Shown in pieces: positions 13,401 to 27,254 of a stretch of 64,000 nucleotides of DNA. Numbering within the stretch: position 1 is the stretch's first letter; each line of letters starts with the position of its first letter. The stretch is from NCBI GenBank assembly GCA_051362555.1, contig CM120644.1:23520534-23584533 (forward strand), in the 5' to 3' direction. Under the pieces are notes generated by a model. The model was not told where the DNA came from. It did no database searches and was given only the letters and a program-made list of their open reading frames with translations. The translations under genes and the position numbers were made by a program. Source of the DNA: Lingula anatina (Eukaryota; Animalia; Brachiopoda).

Positions 13401-15639
13401 CTCTTTCATTCGAACAAGCAAAGGGCTGACCCGAAGTAAGCTTTCTATACTAATGTCCTTTTTATTGTATATTGTAATTACTCTACTTGCTTGCCTCCAT
13501 TGTCTTGTAAAAGTGACAAAGAATGTGTTGTATTCACACACGAGTTGAAAGAACTTCGCATAACTCCTTTGCCTTAAGTTGCATAATGTCTTTCTCAAGG
13601 TTATAATCAGTGTGAAGAGGGTGTCTTGCCTCATTTAAAAAGGGTGTTGTTCTTCATACTGGTTGTTCCTTAACTTATGCTAATCTTAAACTTTTATGTA
13701 CCAATATGGTTTTAATAAATCGCCAAAATTATGAATTTAATGAACATTGTGTATCAAACGTTTTGATACGATTTAAATAAATGGAGGAGGAGGATTACGG
13801 TATTAGGTTCTATTTACCTCTGGCTTTAACTTCGCCCTGCAATATAAAAGAACAAATGTTGCAGATCGTAACAAAAAACTTTCTTATAGTGTTTTATGAC
13901 ATATATGATTTACACATTTGATAGTGAAACACTCCTCGACTTTAACGAATCACCTGACGTAGACTGTCTACCCGCGCTCCCCGAAAAAACTGTTTCTTTT
14001 AATTTTGAAATGAATTGCTTTTTAAGGCAAAGAAGTCCATTAAACCCTTTAGTCTCAATATCATTGTACAGCATGTTGTAATCGATATTTAAAAAAGTTA
14101 ATTTTTGTACTACGCTTTCATCGAGGATACCTCAAGTTGAGGTTACAATTACGTCGCTCGCCTATGCTACTGGAATATATATTTAAGGACAAATTAAGCT
14201 TTGTAAAGTCCATATTGTCACACACCATAGATAGTTTATTTTGTCTTGAATGAAAAAATAGCCTCAAATTATCGTTTTGTGCTTAAACCTTTCATTACTT
14301 GAACCAAGATCTGTACTATAGCTACCAAGACGTACATGCATCAAGTTGGGTCTGCTGGGGGAGGGGAGCATTTAAATGATAAACGAGGAAGTCTACCTGC
14401 AAAAGCAGCAGCAGTGGTTTAAATAATCGCTATCTAGACTCCTTTTTCTTTGACAGCAACATAAAAAGTGTTTAGGGAGAAAGACCCGACGTTGTTTTGT
14501 CTTCAGCATTTCCTCTTCCTTGTTATCTGCAATTACTATCGTCAATTAATGAAATCGAGAAAGCAATTAAGTGACGGCACATTGAATATAGTCACTAGGC
14601 GCATTTCGCTGAGTGTTTACAAGATCTAGCGACACATTTTATCGCCACGCGTTCTAGTTTGATTAGTTTAGAAAATTAAACAGTTACTCTGGCGGCTCTC
14701 CGTCATTGCTATGAATCTGACATCGAATTTAGTCCAAAATATTAGTAAATTCAGAATTATTAGCTAAAACGTAAATTGCCCTAATTTGTCAGATAATCAA
14801 AAATGCCGGTGATCCACGCGGAGGGTACGCTTTCCTGAAGGTAGTGGCGACGAACGGCGACGATATTTTTCTGAATAGTGAACCTTTATTAGTTACGAAA
14901 AGCCCCCTTTTCAACAGGCGCGTTTTATTAATTACTTCATGTCACAAAGTTAATTTATACAGGCAAAACTTTATTCAAGGAAATAGTTTCACAAAATGAA
15001 CGAGAGTAAAATATAAGTCGCCACAAATATAAGGCATACAACAATGAGTCATGTTATGGATCATGTTATGGGCCATGTCAGATTATAATGACATACCTTG
15101 ATGCAAAACAGTCTATCGTTTCTTCCACCGCGAGTCCCTTTATTTAATGTAATGTATTACTCATTACCCGTTTCATTTGACACTCTCTCTTTTTATCTCC
15201 CTTCCCCTTTCTCTTGTTAGAAGGAGGGTAAATAATTAAGCACTCAAAATCTGCACCACCAATCTTCAGAAAAACATTAGTCAACGAACCAGTGGGCTGA
15301 TCCACAACATCCGACACAGCAGAATGAATCAAATAACAGCTAGCACAAATTTATATGCAGTTAGCTATAGTGTCACTACATACATAATCAGCTGCACGCG
15401 CGAAGCTGTTGAACAAAAGGATAGTTCGCTACGGAAGACCGTTTGTTTACATAAGTACTCTAAGGGGGCGTGGCTACCCAGGCGACCAGGGGATTTGGCT
15501 AGTTACTATATGCCGTCAACAATCGTTTAGCGACCCTATCATTATACACTCTCTCTGTTGTATTTTCCACCGCATTAATCGCAGTGTAATCTTCAAATGG
15601 TCCACGGGATAAATGTACACATTCTTAATCCTAGTACGG
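7466..15639. mobile_element. 8.2-kb palindromic TA-flanked non-autonomous element (Tc1/mariner/pogo-like termini)
   Basis: Arms 7466-~11466 and ~11689-15639 are inverted copies, shown by mirror ORF pairs 7493/15409, 7773/15144 and 10782/12073. Termini TA|CCGTACTCGGATTAAG ... CTTAATCCTAGTACGG|TA. Confidence 0.9.
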
Positions 15640-15659
15640 TATAGCCATCATCTGCATCT

Positions 15660-15690
<31 letters not shown>

Positions 15691-15702
15691 CCGTGCACTT
15701 TT

Positions 15703-16320
15703 ACCGATAACACGATAAGTGGAAAACCATTTTACCTTTTGACTTGAAACTTGCATAACTGATGAATATTCATAATATGCAGGTCAAGTTCGAAAATCAG
15801 CATGATCGGGTCACTTTTAGGGAATTTATGCTGTTTTTTCACTTTTTTCAGCATATATGCAGCACCGATAACACGATAAGTGGAAAACCATTTTACCTTT
15901 TGACTTGAAACTTTCAGAACTGATGAATATTCATAATGCGCAGGTGAAGTTCGAAAATCAGCATGAGCGGGTCACTTCTAGGGAATTTATGCTGTTTTTT
16001 CACTTTTTTCAGCATGTATGCAGCACCAATAACACGATAAGTGGAAAACCATTTTACCTTTTGACTTGAAACTTACAGAACTGATGAATATTCATAATAC
16101 GCAGGTGAAGTTCGAAAATCAGCATGATCGGGTCACTTTTAGGTAATTTATGCTGTTTTTTCACTATTTTCAATATAAATGCAACACTGATAACACAATA
16201 TAAGAAAAAGGGATTGGCCAATTGTAATTATACTCACAGGAGTGGTCAATCTTACTAAAACGCAGGTTGAGTTCGAAAATAAGCATAATCGGGCCATTAC
16301 TGTTTTTTCACATTTCCTCA
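15703..16320. repeat. 161-bp tandem repeat, ~4 copies
   Basis: ACC(G/A)ATAACACGATAAGTGGAAAACC recurs at 15703, 15864 and 16025, with a diverged copy at ~16186. Confidence 0.9.
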
Positions 16321-16996
16321 GATTCAATTATTAGGCATGTTAACAGTCTCATTATTTAACTAATAAGATGCCTAAAAGTGTTTGTTTGATATTTCCTGCA
16401 TCTTTACAACATTGTTAGTTGACTATGTAAAAAACATGGTAAACTTGTTATCATGTATTGTGTAATAAAGTGTCAAAAATGGAAATAAACTCATATCATT
16501 ACAGTTTGTCAGATTCAATCATCCACTATGTTCAGAATCTCAGAATGGAGGAAATTGGACATTTAACACTGTTCTATTGATACTTTTCCAATCTCATCAA
16601 TTTTCTTAGTTGGACATATAAAAATGGCAGTAAAATGTTTATTTTGTTCTATGTTAAAAAAGTGTTAAAAATGGAAATAAACCCATTTCAGAACAGTGCT
16701 GTCTTGTTTACATTTTGGCATTATCAAGGCGTGACTTTGAAGTTCCATAGGCCTGAAGACCTTTGCTAGTCACATTTTCTGAATATCTGTGATACTAATA
16801 TTTTATAATTAAAAATTGATGGTCATTAAGCTGTTAAACATTATGTAATATTGCATCAAAATTTGAAGAAACCCCCATTTTGGGCACTGCTTCCATGATG
16901 ACCATTTAAGGAAAATCATGTCACTTACTGTTCTCAAACTTACAGGATAGAAACATGGGACTAAAATACAGCTTCAGTAGGCAATGCAGTCTGTTT

Positions 16997-17056
<60 letters not shown>

Positions 17057-19300
17057 AGTTAAACAGTTTTTGGTGAAAATTTAATTTTTCACATATTGGC
17101 ATTTTCAAGGTGTGACTTTAAAGTTCCATGATACTGAAGACTTTTGCTTGTCACATTTTCTGAATGTCTATGTTACTAATATTTTATTAATAACATTTGA
17201 TTGTCATTATGCTGTTAAACATTATGTAATGTTGCATCAAAATTTGAAGAAACCCCTATTTTGGGCACTGCTCCTATGCTGACCATTTAAGGGAAATCAT
17301 GTCACTTACTGTTCTCAAACTTACAGGAAAGAAACATGGGTGTAACATACAGCTTCAATAGGCAACACAGTCTGTTTGGTAAAATTTTCTGGCAATTTAA
17401 CAGTTTTTGTGAAAATTTAATTTTTCACTTATTTGCATCTTTATTTCACTTTTCTCAGCATATATGCAGCACCGATAGCACGATATGTGAAATACCATTT
17501 TACCTTTTGGCTTGAAACTTACAGAACTGATGAATATTCATAATACGCAGGTCAAGTTTGAAAAACAGCATGATAGAGCCACTTTTATAGAAGTTATGCT
17601 GTTTTTTCATTTTTTTAGCATATATACAACACTGATAATACAATATAAGAAAAACAGATAGGCAAATTGTCATTTTACTCACAAGAGTGGTCAATCTTAC
17701 TAAAACATAGGTTGAGTATGAAAATCAGCATAATCGGTCCATTATTTTAGAAGTTATTCTTTTTTTTTTTTACATTTCCTCAGATTCAATTCTTAGGCAT
17801 GTTAATAGTCTCATTATTGAACTAATAAGACACATAAAAGTGTTTGTTTGACATTTCCTGCATCTTTACAACATTGTCAGTTGATTATGTAAAAATGATG
17901 GTAAATTTGTTATCATGTATTGTGTAATGAAGTGTCAAAACTGGAAATAGACACATATCATTGCAATTTGTCATATTCAATCATCCACTATGTTCAGAAT
18001 CTTAGATGGAGGAAATTGGACATTTAACACTGTTCTATTGATATTTTCCCCATCTCATCAATTTTATTAGTTGGTCATATAAAAATGGCAGTTAATTGTT
18101 AATTTTGTTTTATGTTAAAAAAGTGTTAAAAATGGAAATAAACCCATTTCAGAAAAGTGCTGTCTTGTTTACATTTAGGCATTTTCAAGATGTGACTTTG
18201 AAGTTCCATGGCCCTGAAGACCTTTGCTGGTCACATTTTCTGAATATCCATGATACTAATATTTTATTATTAAAAATTGATGGTCATTATGCTGTTAAAC
18301 ATTATGTAATATTGCATCAAAATTTGAAGAAACCCCTATTTTGGGCACTGTTCCCATGATGATCATTTAAGGAAAATCATATCACTCACTGTTCTCAAAC
18401 TTACAGGAAAGAAACATGGGACTAAAATATAGCTTCAGAAGGCAATGCAGTCTGTTTGGTAAATTTTTCTAACAATTAAACAGTTTTTTGTGAAAATTTA
18501 ATTATTCATTTATTGGCATTTTCAAGGTGTGACTTAGAACCTCCACGGGCTTGAAGACCTTTGCTAGTCACATTTTCTGAATATCCATGATACTAATATT
18601 TTATTATTAAAAATTGATGGTCATTATGCTGTTAAACATTATGTAATGTTGCATCAAAATAGAAGAAAACATAATTTTTGGTGTTGCTGCCATGATGACC
18701 ATTATGGGAAAATCATGTTACTTACGACTCAATCTTTCAAAAAAAGTTGGAAAAGCAGTCTAATTGGCTTCTTTTTCTGGAATTTATACATTTTAGTGAA
18801 ATATTCATTATTATCTTTTTGGCATATTCATTGTGGGACTCAGAACTCCCATGGACATGAAGCCGAATGGTAATCAAATTTTCTACATGTCCTTGCTATT
18901 CATAGTCAATAATAAAAAATTGGTGATCATTATTCTATAAATTATTATGTAATGTTACATCAAAATTGACAAAAATATTTTTGTACTGCTTCTGCAAACA
19001 TTATGGAAAGAAAACTGTGTTACTTATTATTATGTTTAACTTACAAGTATGATTTTTAGGATTGGCATGCAGTTCAAATTAGAAAGCCAGCTCAATTGGG
19101 TTATCATTTATTATTGAATTTATGCAATTTTGTGTTAAATTTTCATTTTTCTCATTCTGGCTCTTTCTAATTGTAAATTTGAACTTTGATGGACCTGAAG
19201 CCTTATGCTTTTACTTTCGTCGTTGTTACCTGTTCTGCATAATTAAAATTTGATATTGACTGTGCAGTTAAACATAATGTACTATTGCATCAGAATTGGC
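16025..19300. repeat. Higher-order tandem duplication (~1.45 kb) with ~300-390-bp subunits
   Basis: 16025-~17450 recurs from ~17471. A GGCATTTTCAAGGTGTGACTT-like motif occurs at ~16717, 17098, 18178, 18514, and decayed at 18820 and 19159. Confidence 0.8.
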
Positions 19301-20632
19301 AGTCTCCTATTTTTGTGCATTATTGTTTTGTGCTTTTCTTAAGCTGTGTCTTATGGGACAAATTTGTGTGGTCAGTCTGTAAATTCCCCTTGGGTATTAA
19401 CTAGGCTAAGTTAAGTGCTATAAACTCATTTGCCTGATTAAGTGGCCATTAAATGAGATTTCATAAATCACACTTGTTGATATTTCCCTGTAAACTCCCA
19501 AAGGTTAAGCTCTCTGCTAGATAACAGTGCCCATAATAAGGAAACACTGAATAGCAGCTTCATTAGATTATATTTTTGTTGTTTTCTTTTTAATTTCTTC
19601 TCCAACACTGGCATTTTTAAGATGTGACTTTCCCATCCACCTGAGGCTCTGCACAATTTCTGTATTTCCACGTAAGCAGTTGTATTGGTATTCATGTCTT
19701 TAAACACTAGTAATATTATTTTATGCACTGTCATCATTTTTCTTATATTGGGACTTTCATCATGTGAATTTTAACTCTCATGGTCATGAAACTATAATCT
19801 TATTGAAGGGGTGGATTGAGACCATCTTCTGGGTCTCCTGGAAGACAGTTAGATTTTTTTATATTGATGGGTATCTATTTTTTTCTTTTGGAAGACCATC
19901 AAAATGGAAGATGGATCAATAAAGATACTTTAGAATACTGTCAAAAATATTTCTGGATCTGCTCCTGTTATTGACCATGTTACCTGTTGTGCATAATGAA
20001 AAATCAGTGTTGACTGACTGCTATTATAAGCATTATTTATTGTTGCATCAAAATTGACAAAATGACCTCTTTTGCATCTTTTTTTTTCTGTTTTTTGTCT
20101 GTACATTTGACAGCTTTGCTGCCTTGTTTCCTACTTTCTCTTCATACGTGCGAGTGTTGCGCCCTCCGTGAATCTGAACGTGTGCACCTCTCCCAACTTA
20201 CGAATCTCTTTCTTCTAAAGATCATTTTCTCAACCAAATACATAGCAATTGCACCGAATGCAGTATGTGAGACTACATGGTAATTACTTTCCCTTAAACA
20301 CGGGATATAGAATTCTAGCCACTACATACACCCTCCACCTTAAGAGCATGCCATGCTTCTTAACTATCCATATACATCTTTAACTACTTCAGCAAACTGC
20401 TACTAGTGATCTTAATTATTCAAATACGGTATAACATAAACAGTGTATTGTAAGTACAGCAAAGAGAAATCCCTTATAAACTATTAAAAAAAAACATTCA
20501 ATATAATCAAAAACATAACATTTTCAAGTCTCACTGGGACAGCGATCCGCCTACATCCCTTACACTGTTTAACACATCCACTTGATGTATCCTTAGGTCT
20601 AATTATTCACCTTGATTATATCATAAACAATG

Positions 20633-23600
20633 TTAATCTTCATTTTGACCTTCCAAAAACACACACTTGGTTACAGGTCGTACTAACATGGAATTTTGTG
20701 TCCTGACTCTAACTTTGCGCACAAGACCATCATCTCCAGGAAAAATGTTAACCACACGGGCAAGAGGCCAATTTCCTCGAGGTAATACATCATCAACCAG
20801 TAATACAACATCATCAACATGAATATTTCTTTCTGGCTTAATCCATTTCTGCCTTGTTTGCAATAAGGGTAAGTATTCACTGATCCACCTTTTCCAGAAT
20901 TGGTCTGCCATGTACTGAACTTGACGCCATCTGCGCCTGACATATAAATCTTCTTTCCTGAATACTCCTGGTGGTAAATTATTTACTGATCGTAGGAGAA
21001 GCAAGTGATTCGGTGTCAAAGGCTCCAAGTCATTTGGATCATCAGAGACTGTGGTAATTGGCCTTCCATTCAGTATGGATTCTACTTCAGTCATGAAAGT
21101 CATTAACCCTTCAACATCCAAAGTCTGTAGCTTCAGCACTGCAGATAGCACTTTACGTATGCTTCTAATGCACCTCTCCCACACTCCTCCCCAGTGTGAG
21201 GCAGCAGGTGGATTAAACACCCATTTCACATGTTTCTGCACTAGAAAGCCATTAACAGCTTCTTGATTCCATGATAAAATGGATTCCCTTAATTCTCGTT
21301 CTCCTGCCACAAAATTAGTGCCATTGTCACTTCTGATCAACTCTGGAGCACCTCTCCTGGCGATAAACCTGCGCAGCGCATTAATAAATGCGTCTGTATC
21401 CAATGCACTTGAAACTTCAATGTGTACTGCTTTAGATGACAAACATGTAAATATACACCCATAATATTTGACCATACTTCTTGCTCTCTTAATGTGAAAG
21501 GGTCCAAAATAATCTATCCCAACATATGTAAACGGTGGCTTGTCTGGTTTAACCCTTTCTTCAGGCAAGTCTGACATCTGTTGGACACATGGTGAAGCTT
21601 GTCTTCTTTTACAATCATGACAACTGTGAAGAACATGACGTACAGTGGAATTGGCCTTGATTATCCAATATCTGCTTCTGAGCTGTGAAAGAACATAATC
21701 TCTCCCTGAATGACCACATGCCTGATGATAATGTTGAATAATCAAATGTGTAACATGGTGCTTTTTAGGCAATATTACAGGGTGTTTCATTTTTTCTGGT
21801 ATCCCTGCATGTACCAATCTTCCTCCAACACATAACAAACCATTGAACATCATGGGCTTCAACTTGTATAAACTGCTAGACTTCTTTATCTGTCCTCCTT
21901 GACCTTCAGACAATGATTTGAACTCTTCAGGAAAACATGATTTTTGTACAGTTTTGATGATTATCATCTCAGCTTCGTCAACTTCATCTACTGATAAATA
22001 TCTTTCTTTGCTTTGTGCTCCTTTTAGCCTAGTAATAAATCTTAAAATCCAGGCAACAACTCTCACAGTTTTTGTCCACGAGGAGTACTTCTGAATCAGA
22101 TTGTGTAAAAATCCTGTTTTTTCTGCTGTCTGTGCACATGTACTGACCTTCCTTTTCACCTCTGGGTCATCACTGTCCAACTGTCCTTCATAAACAGCTT
22201 GTGCTGGCCATTCATCTTCAAACTTGGACAAAAATGCCGGCCCTGCAATCCATGTATTCTCATGAATTAACTGATTTGCTGTGAGCCCTCTTGAAGCATG
22301 ATCTGCAGGGTTTATATCACTAGACACATGCTTCCAATTGCACAAATCAGTAGTCTCACGAATCATTGTAACTCTATTTGCCACATATGTATGAAACCTT
22401 TTATCCTCATTGTGTATATATCGTAGCACAGCCATGCTGTCTGTCCAGAAAATTGATTTTTCAATAGGTAAATCTATCTCTTTCCTAATCATCTGGTCTA
22501 ATTTCACTGACACAGTGGCTGCAGCTAGCTCTAATCTGGGAACTGTCACTGTTTTCAATGGCGTGCCTCTGGACTTGCCTACCAGAAAAACAACATTAAC
22601 TTCTTTGTCATAATTCATCAGTCGTGCATACGAAACTGCTCCATATCCTACTTGTGATGCGTCTGAAAAATGATGTAACTGACATGACTCCACTAGACCA
22701 AATTTACATGGCTTTAAACACCTTGGACTTGAAAACTTGGCTAACTTGTGCACTTCAGACAGCCATCTTTGCCAGATCCTAAAATTCTGCTCACTTATCT
22801 CTTCATCCCAGTCCAACTTGGCCCTGGCTAGATCTTGGAGTAATATTTTGGCTTGTAACATACATGGTGCAGTAAATCCAAGTGGATCATACACAGAACT
22901 GATAATGGATAAAATGACTCTTCTTGTTGCTGGCTTCTCTTTGACCTTGACCTTAAATCCAAATGAATCCTTCTCAGTGTCCCACAACACTCCTAAAGCT
23001 TTCTCAATTGGTAGCTTTTCTAAGTCCAAGTCTTTAACCTTTGGATTTCTGTCACTTTCTGGTATGGATTCTAACACTTTGGACGAATTTGATATCCATT
23101 TGGTAATCTTGAAACCTCCTTTATCAAGCAATTGCGTAACTTTGGTAACAAAGTGAATTGCATCTTCTTCTGTATGTAGCGACTTCAAACAGTCATCAAC
23201 ATAGAAATTTTCCTTCACACTTTGAGCAATCTCATTGCCAAACTCCTTTTCATTATCTTCAGCTGCCTTTTGCAATGCATAGCTGCATACACTAGGTGAT
23301 GACGTAGCTCCAAACAAGTGAACTTTCATCCTGTATATTCCTGGTTCCTCATTGAAGTCTTCTGTATCCCACCAAAGGAATCTTAAGTAGTCACAGTGAG
23401 CTGGGCTAACTCTCACTTGATGAAACATTTCTTTGATATCTCCCATTACTGCTACTTCATTTTTTCTAAATCTTGTGAGCACACCAAATAATGAACTTGT
23501 ACGATCGGGCCCCTGTAGCAGACAGTCATTCAAAGATCTTCCTTTGAATTTGGACGCACAATCAAAAACTATTCTTGTCTTCTCAGGTTTTGCTGGATTG

Positions 23601-26381
23601 AATACTGGAAAATGTGGCAGATACCATGCCTGCGGTTGATCTTTGTTTGTCATAACTTTCTCAGCATATCCCTTCTTCAAGTTTTCCTTCATTGCACCCA
23701 CATAATTCACCTTTAACTTTGGGTCCTTGTCCAACCTTTTCTTTAATAGTAACAGCCTCCTCCTTGCCATATCAATGTTGTTATTAAGAGGTTTTTCTTC
23801 TCTCCATGGTAAGTCTACGCAATAATGCCCATCTTCATATTTCACACTTGTCTTGAATATCCCTAGTGCCTTGATATCTTCTCTGGACATCTCTTCTTTT
23901 CCTTTAACTTCCTCAAAGTCTCTTTCAGTGTACTTGTTAAACATTTGAGTAAGTTGGGAATCTTTCCTTATGAAATTTGAAGTCACAGTCTTTCCTTTCC
24001 GTTTTAGTGGGCCATTTATTGTCCATCCGAGTACAGTCTGTATAGCACATGGTTCTCCCTCTCCTCCACTAACCACTTTATTGGGCCTTAATGCTTCAAA
24101 GTTATCATTTCCAATAAGCAGCCCTATTGTTTCATCTTGTTTGTGGAAGTTGAAGGGGATGTCCTGTAAGTGGGTCCATTCACTGATGTCTTCTGGTGTT
24201 GCCCTGTCTTCTAATGATATAGGGAGTTTGCTTCTTGTTAATACTGTTGACAGTTGCATACTATGGTTTTCATCTACATCACTCATCTGTAAGCTGACAA
24301 TTTCTCCAATCACTGGGGTAGCTTCTTTTTCTTGGGTTGTTAGTGTGTACTGTGTTTTCTTTCCCTTTATTCCCAGTTTCTTCTTGAGACCTTCAGTGCA
24401 GAAGGTGGAATTTGAACCGCTGTCCAGTAGTGCGTACGTTTGCACTACATTGTTTCCATTTGGGTTTTTCACCTTCACTGGCACTATGGGTAGTCCAATT
24501 GCAACATTTTCCGTGTCAACAAACCCATTAGCAGCACGTGGAGGGGTAGAGGAATTGTTCTCATTTGGCATACTATTGTAACTATGTAGAAGAGTATGAT
24601 GCCTTTTCCCACAAACTTCACAGTTCCTTTTAAATTTACATTCATGTGCTGTGTGGTTTGGTTTAAGACATTTGAAGCACAGACCTTTGTTTAACACCAT
24701 CTTCCTTCTTTCTTCATATTTGTCTGACACAAAAACTGAGCACTGGTCCAACCAATGATCTTGGCTGCATCTGATACAATGCTTGCTGACTACTGCAGGC
24801 AGATTACCTTCTCTTGAGAAACTTTCTGACACTTTGGATTCAGCAATAAATGCCTGAGCCTTGATGGACGATTTGCTTGAAACAAGTGACATGTCAACCA
24901 AAGAACCAAATACAGGGTCACGCCTCTTCTCTGCTTCCACTTCAACCATCTTTACCACATCATTCAAAGTCGGAAATTTGCCCAATGCTGTGATCTTGTG
25001 ACTGTTCTCTAACCATTTTTTCCTCATATCTAATGGAAGTTTCTCAATAATTCTTCGTAAGGATTGTCCTGTATTTAATTCTGTCTCACAATTCATGGCA
25101 CTTAACGTATCTTGGCACCCTCGAAGTGTATCGGCAAATGCTCTCAATTGTGCACCGTCTTTTATTGATTTGTGATTTAAAACTTTGTTGATCCAGACTT
25201 GAGAAATCAGATACGGATTGCCAAACCTTCTCTTCAGAGTTGTCATCGCTTCTGAGAAACCCTTACTTGGATCCGGGTGGTACAAACAGGGGGATATAGC
25301 ATCTCTTGCTGGGCCTACTGTGTAATGATATAACCTAGTTAGTTTTTCATCATCGGTCACTGTCATTTTATCCACCATTGAAGAGAAAAGTCTCATAAAA
25401 GGCCAATACTTTATGTGATCTCCATCAAACTTGATTAGATCTGCCGGAGGGAGACGCATAGACTCTACCCGCACGAAAACGCAATAGATGCTCCAGCGCA
25501 GTAGACTACTGCAATCATACTGCAAATATGCCTCAAATCTGCTTCGCATTGGGAGCTAATTAGCATATTTGAAACATGCTTCTATCATGCTGCTAATCTA
25601 CTGCATTAATGCTCCTCCTCTGTACAACCCTATGTAATTTTTGAAGTAGAATTGCAGTAGGGTATGCTGCATTTCTACTGCAAATATGCTCCACACCACT
25701 ACTGCGTTAATGCTTCTTTGCTACTTCGATACTACTGCATTTTCGTGCGGGTATGCTGGCTTGTTGTTGTTGTTGTGATAATTTTAAAAGTTGGGCCAAT
25801 GAAGACTCAGCTGCAGAAGCAGGTGATTCAGCTGTTATTCTCTTTTCACCTTGTGTGGTTTCTGGAAAAAACGGCTTTACGTCGGTCTGCTCCTTAACTA
25901 ATCTAAATTCCTCACGTAACCTTTCTTCTTGCTCTTTTATAAGACGCGAAAATTCTTGTTTATCTTGCTTCTGGCTATCACGTTGCTGTTTGATCTCCTT
26001 GAGAATCTGACTGAGCACAGAAGTCACATTTTCTTCAGCTTGCTGTTCAACAAGGGGCTCTGGTTTCTCCATTACTCTGCCAATCCAAGACAAAGTTGAA
26101 GCTCTAAAATCCCTAACTTCATGTAGCACAGATGATAAATATCCTTCTGAGACATCAATGTCATCCTCGTCCTTCAGAGTTACATGGTAACGTTCATGGG
26201 CTTTAACAAACTTACTAACTGCTTGACTAAGTGCTTCGAGCCCTTCTTCTACCTCCTTTACTAAATTGCTACTCATAGATGAATTTATCTGATTTATGGT
26301 TCGTGTCACAACACCTTAAGCGGCCCCTCTTAGACGTTTTAAAGTCATTGGGTCTTCGGTTACATCTTCTAAATCAGACAT
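20633..26381 (-). pseudogene. BEL/Pao gag-pol polyprotein, interrupted by a MITE and one nonsense codon
   Basis: Zinc knuckles CFKCLKPNH...CEVCGKRHHTLLH, protease ALLDSGS, RT FYVDDCL, RNase H HHFSDAS, integrase IDYFGP/SDNGTNF/GGVWER. ATG at 26381, in-frame TAA at 26316-26318, MITE at 25468-25751. Confidence 0.92.
25468..25751. mobile_element. 284-bp MITE with CCC termini and 2-bp TSD (CACTA/EnSpm-like)
   Basis: TA|CCCGCACGAAAACGCA ... TGCATTTTCGTGCGGG|TA. Removing it restores the gag frame QQASIESMRLPP. Confidence 0.88.
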
Positions 26382-27254
26382 CTTTGTTGACTTGACTTGG
26401 TGTTGACTTGGTACAAATCAGCTTCTTCTTTCTTTAGGTCTGTTCCGTGATAGGCAAAAGTCTAAACTGCATGTAGCGTCCAATATCTTAACAAACGCAG
26501 GTTGTCTGTTTGAGCCTTTATTGATCCACTACAATAAGATACGTTCTGAAATAATAATAAATAAAGATACTTAACATCTATACTTCATGATCCTTTTCAA
26601 TATGACTTACTTATATAATGACTGAATGTCACTGTTATTAAATCAATTTCTTTTATAAGTGCATTACAAAGTTAAGAAGAAACAATTCCAAAATTAAATG
26701 ATAACATACATAAAGTAACTACTCACTAGACTTGTCTAGCCTCGACTTGTGAAACATGACAGAATATCGTATAACCTTTGTCTGCTGACACTGTAATAAA
26801 TATAAAACAACTTCATGAAATTATGTAGCTAGCTGAGATAAACATACTCAATATCTAAGGAAAGAAAATAAACGTAAACTAACAGGCCTGACAAAGTTTG
26901 TTTGTTAACCACGCCTAATACATTCATGCATTATAACACGTGTTCTTAAAATGCCTTTACATTATTTGCAAATTTATATGCTAATTACGTAATGAGCTAT
27001 AAAATAGGTCTAGTAACCAAGCAACATATATAAAATGAGTTTTAAGAAAGGACCGGGCAAATACATACTGTACTTATTTGTCTTTTTTCCTACTTTCTCT
27101 TCATACGTGCGAGTGTTGCGTCCTCCGTGAATCTGAACGTGTGCACCTCTCCCAACTTACGAATCTCTTTCTTCTAAAGATCATTTTCTCAACCAAATAC
27201 ATAGCAATTGCACCGAATGCAGTATGTGAGACTACATGGTAATTACTTTCCCTT

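Larger units (their letters stand above)
7285..20128 (+). mobile_element. 12.8-kb Helentron-type non-autonomous element inserted in a T-run of the BEL 3' LTR
   Basis: 5' hairpin TATGTACAGACACA-GA-TGTGTCTGTACATA (7285-7314). 3' subTIR TGTCTGTACAT (20096-20106), then small hairpin CAGC-TTT-GCTG and TTGTT. (GTCGTCGCC)n at ~15660-15694 and internal tandem arrays. Empty site GTCTTTTTTCCTACT is visible in the 5' LTR (~27080-27094). Confidence 0.8.

Noticed and set aside
20683-24581. Short + strand and alternate-frame ORFs over BEL pol
   Set aside because: Shadows of the long ORF; the same applies to antisense ORFs over the YR element.
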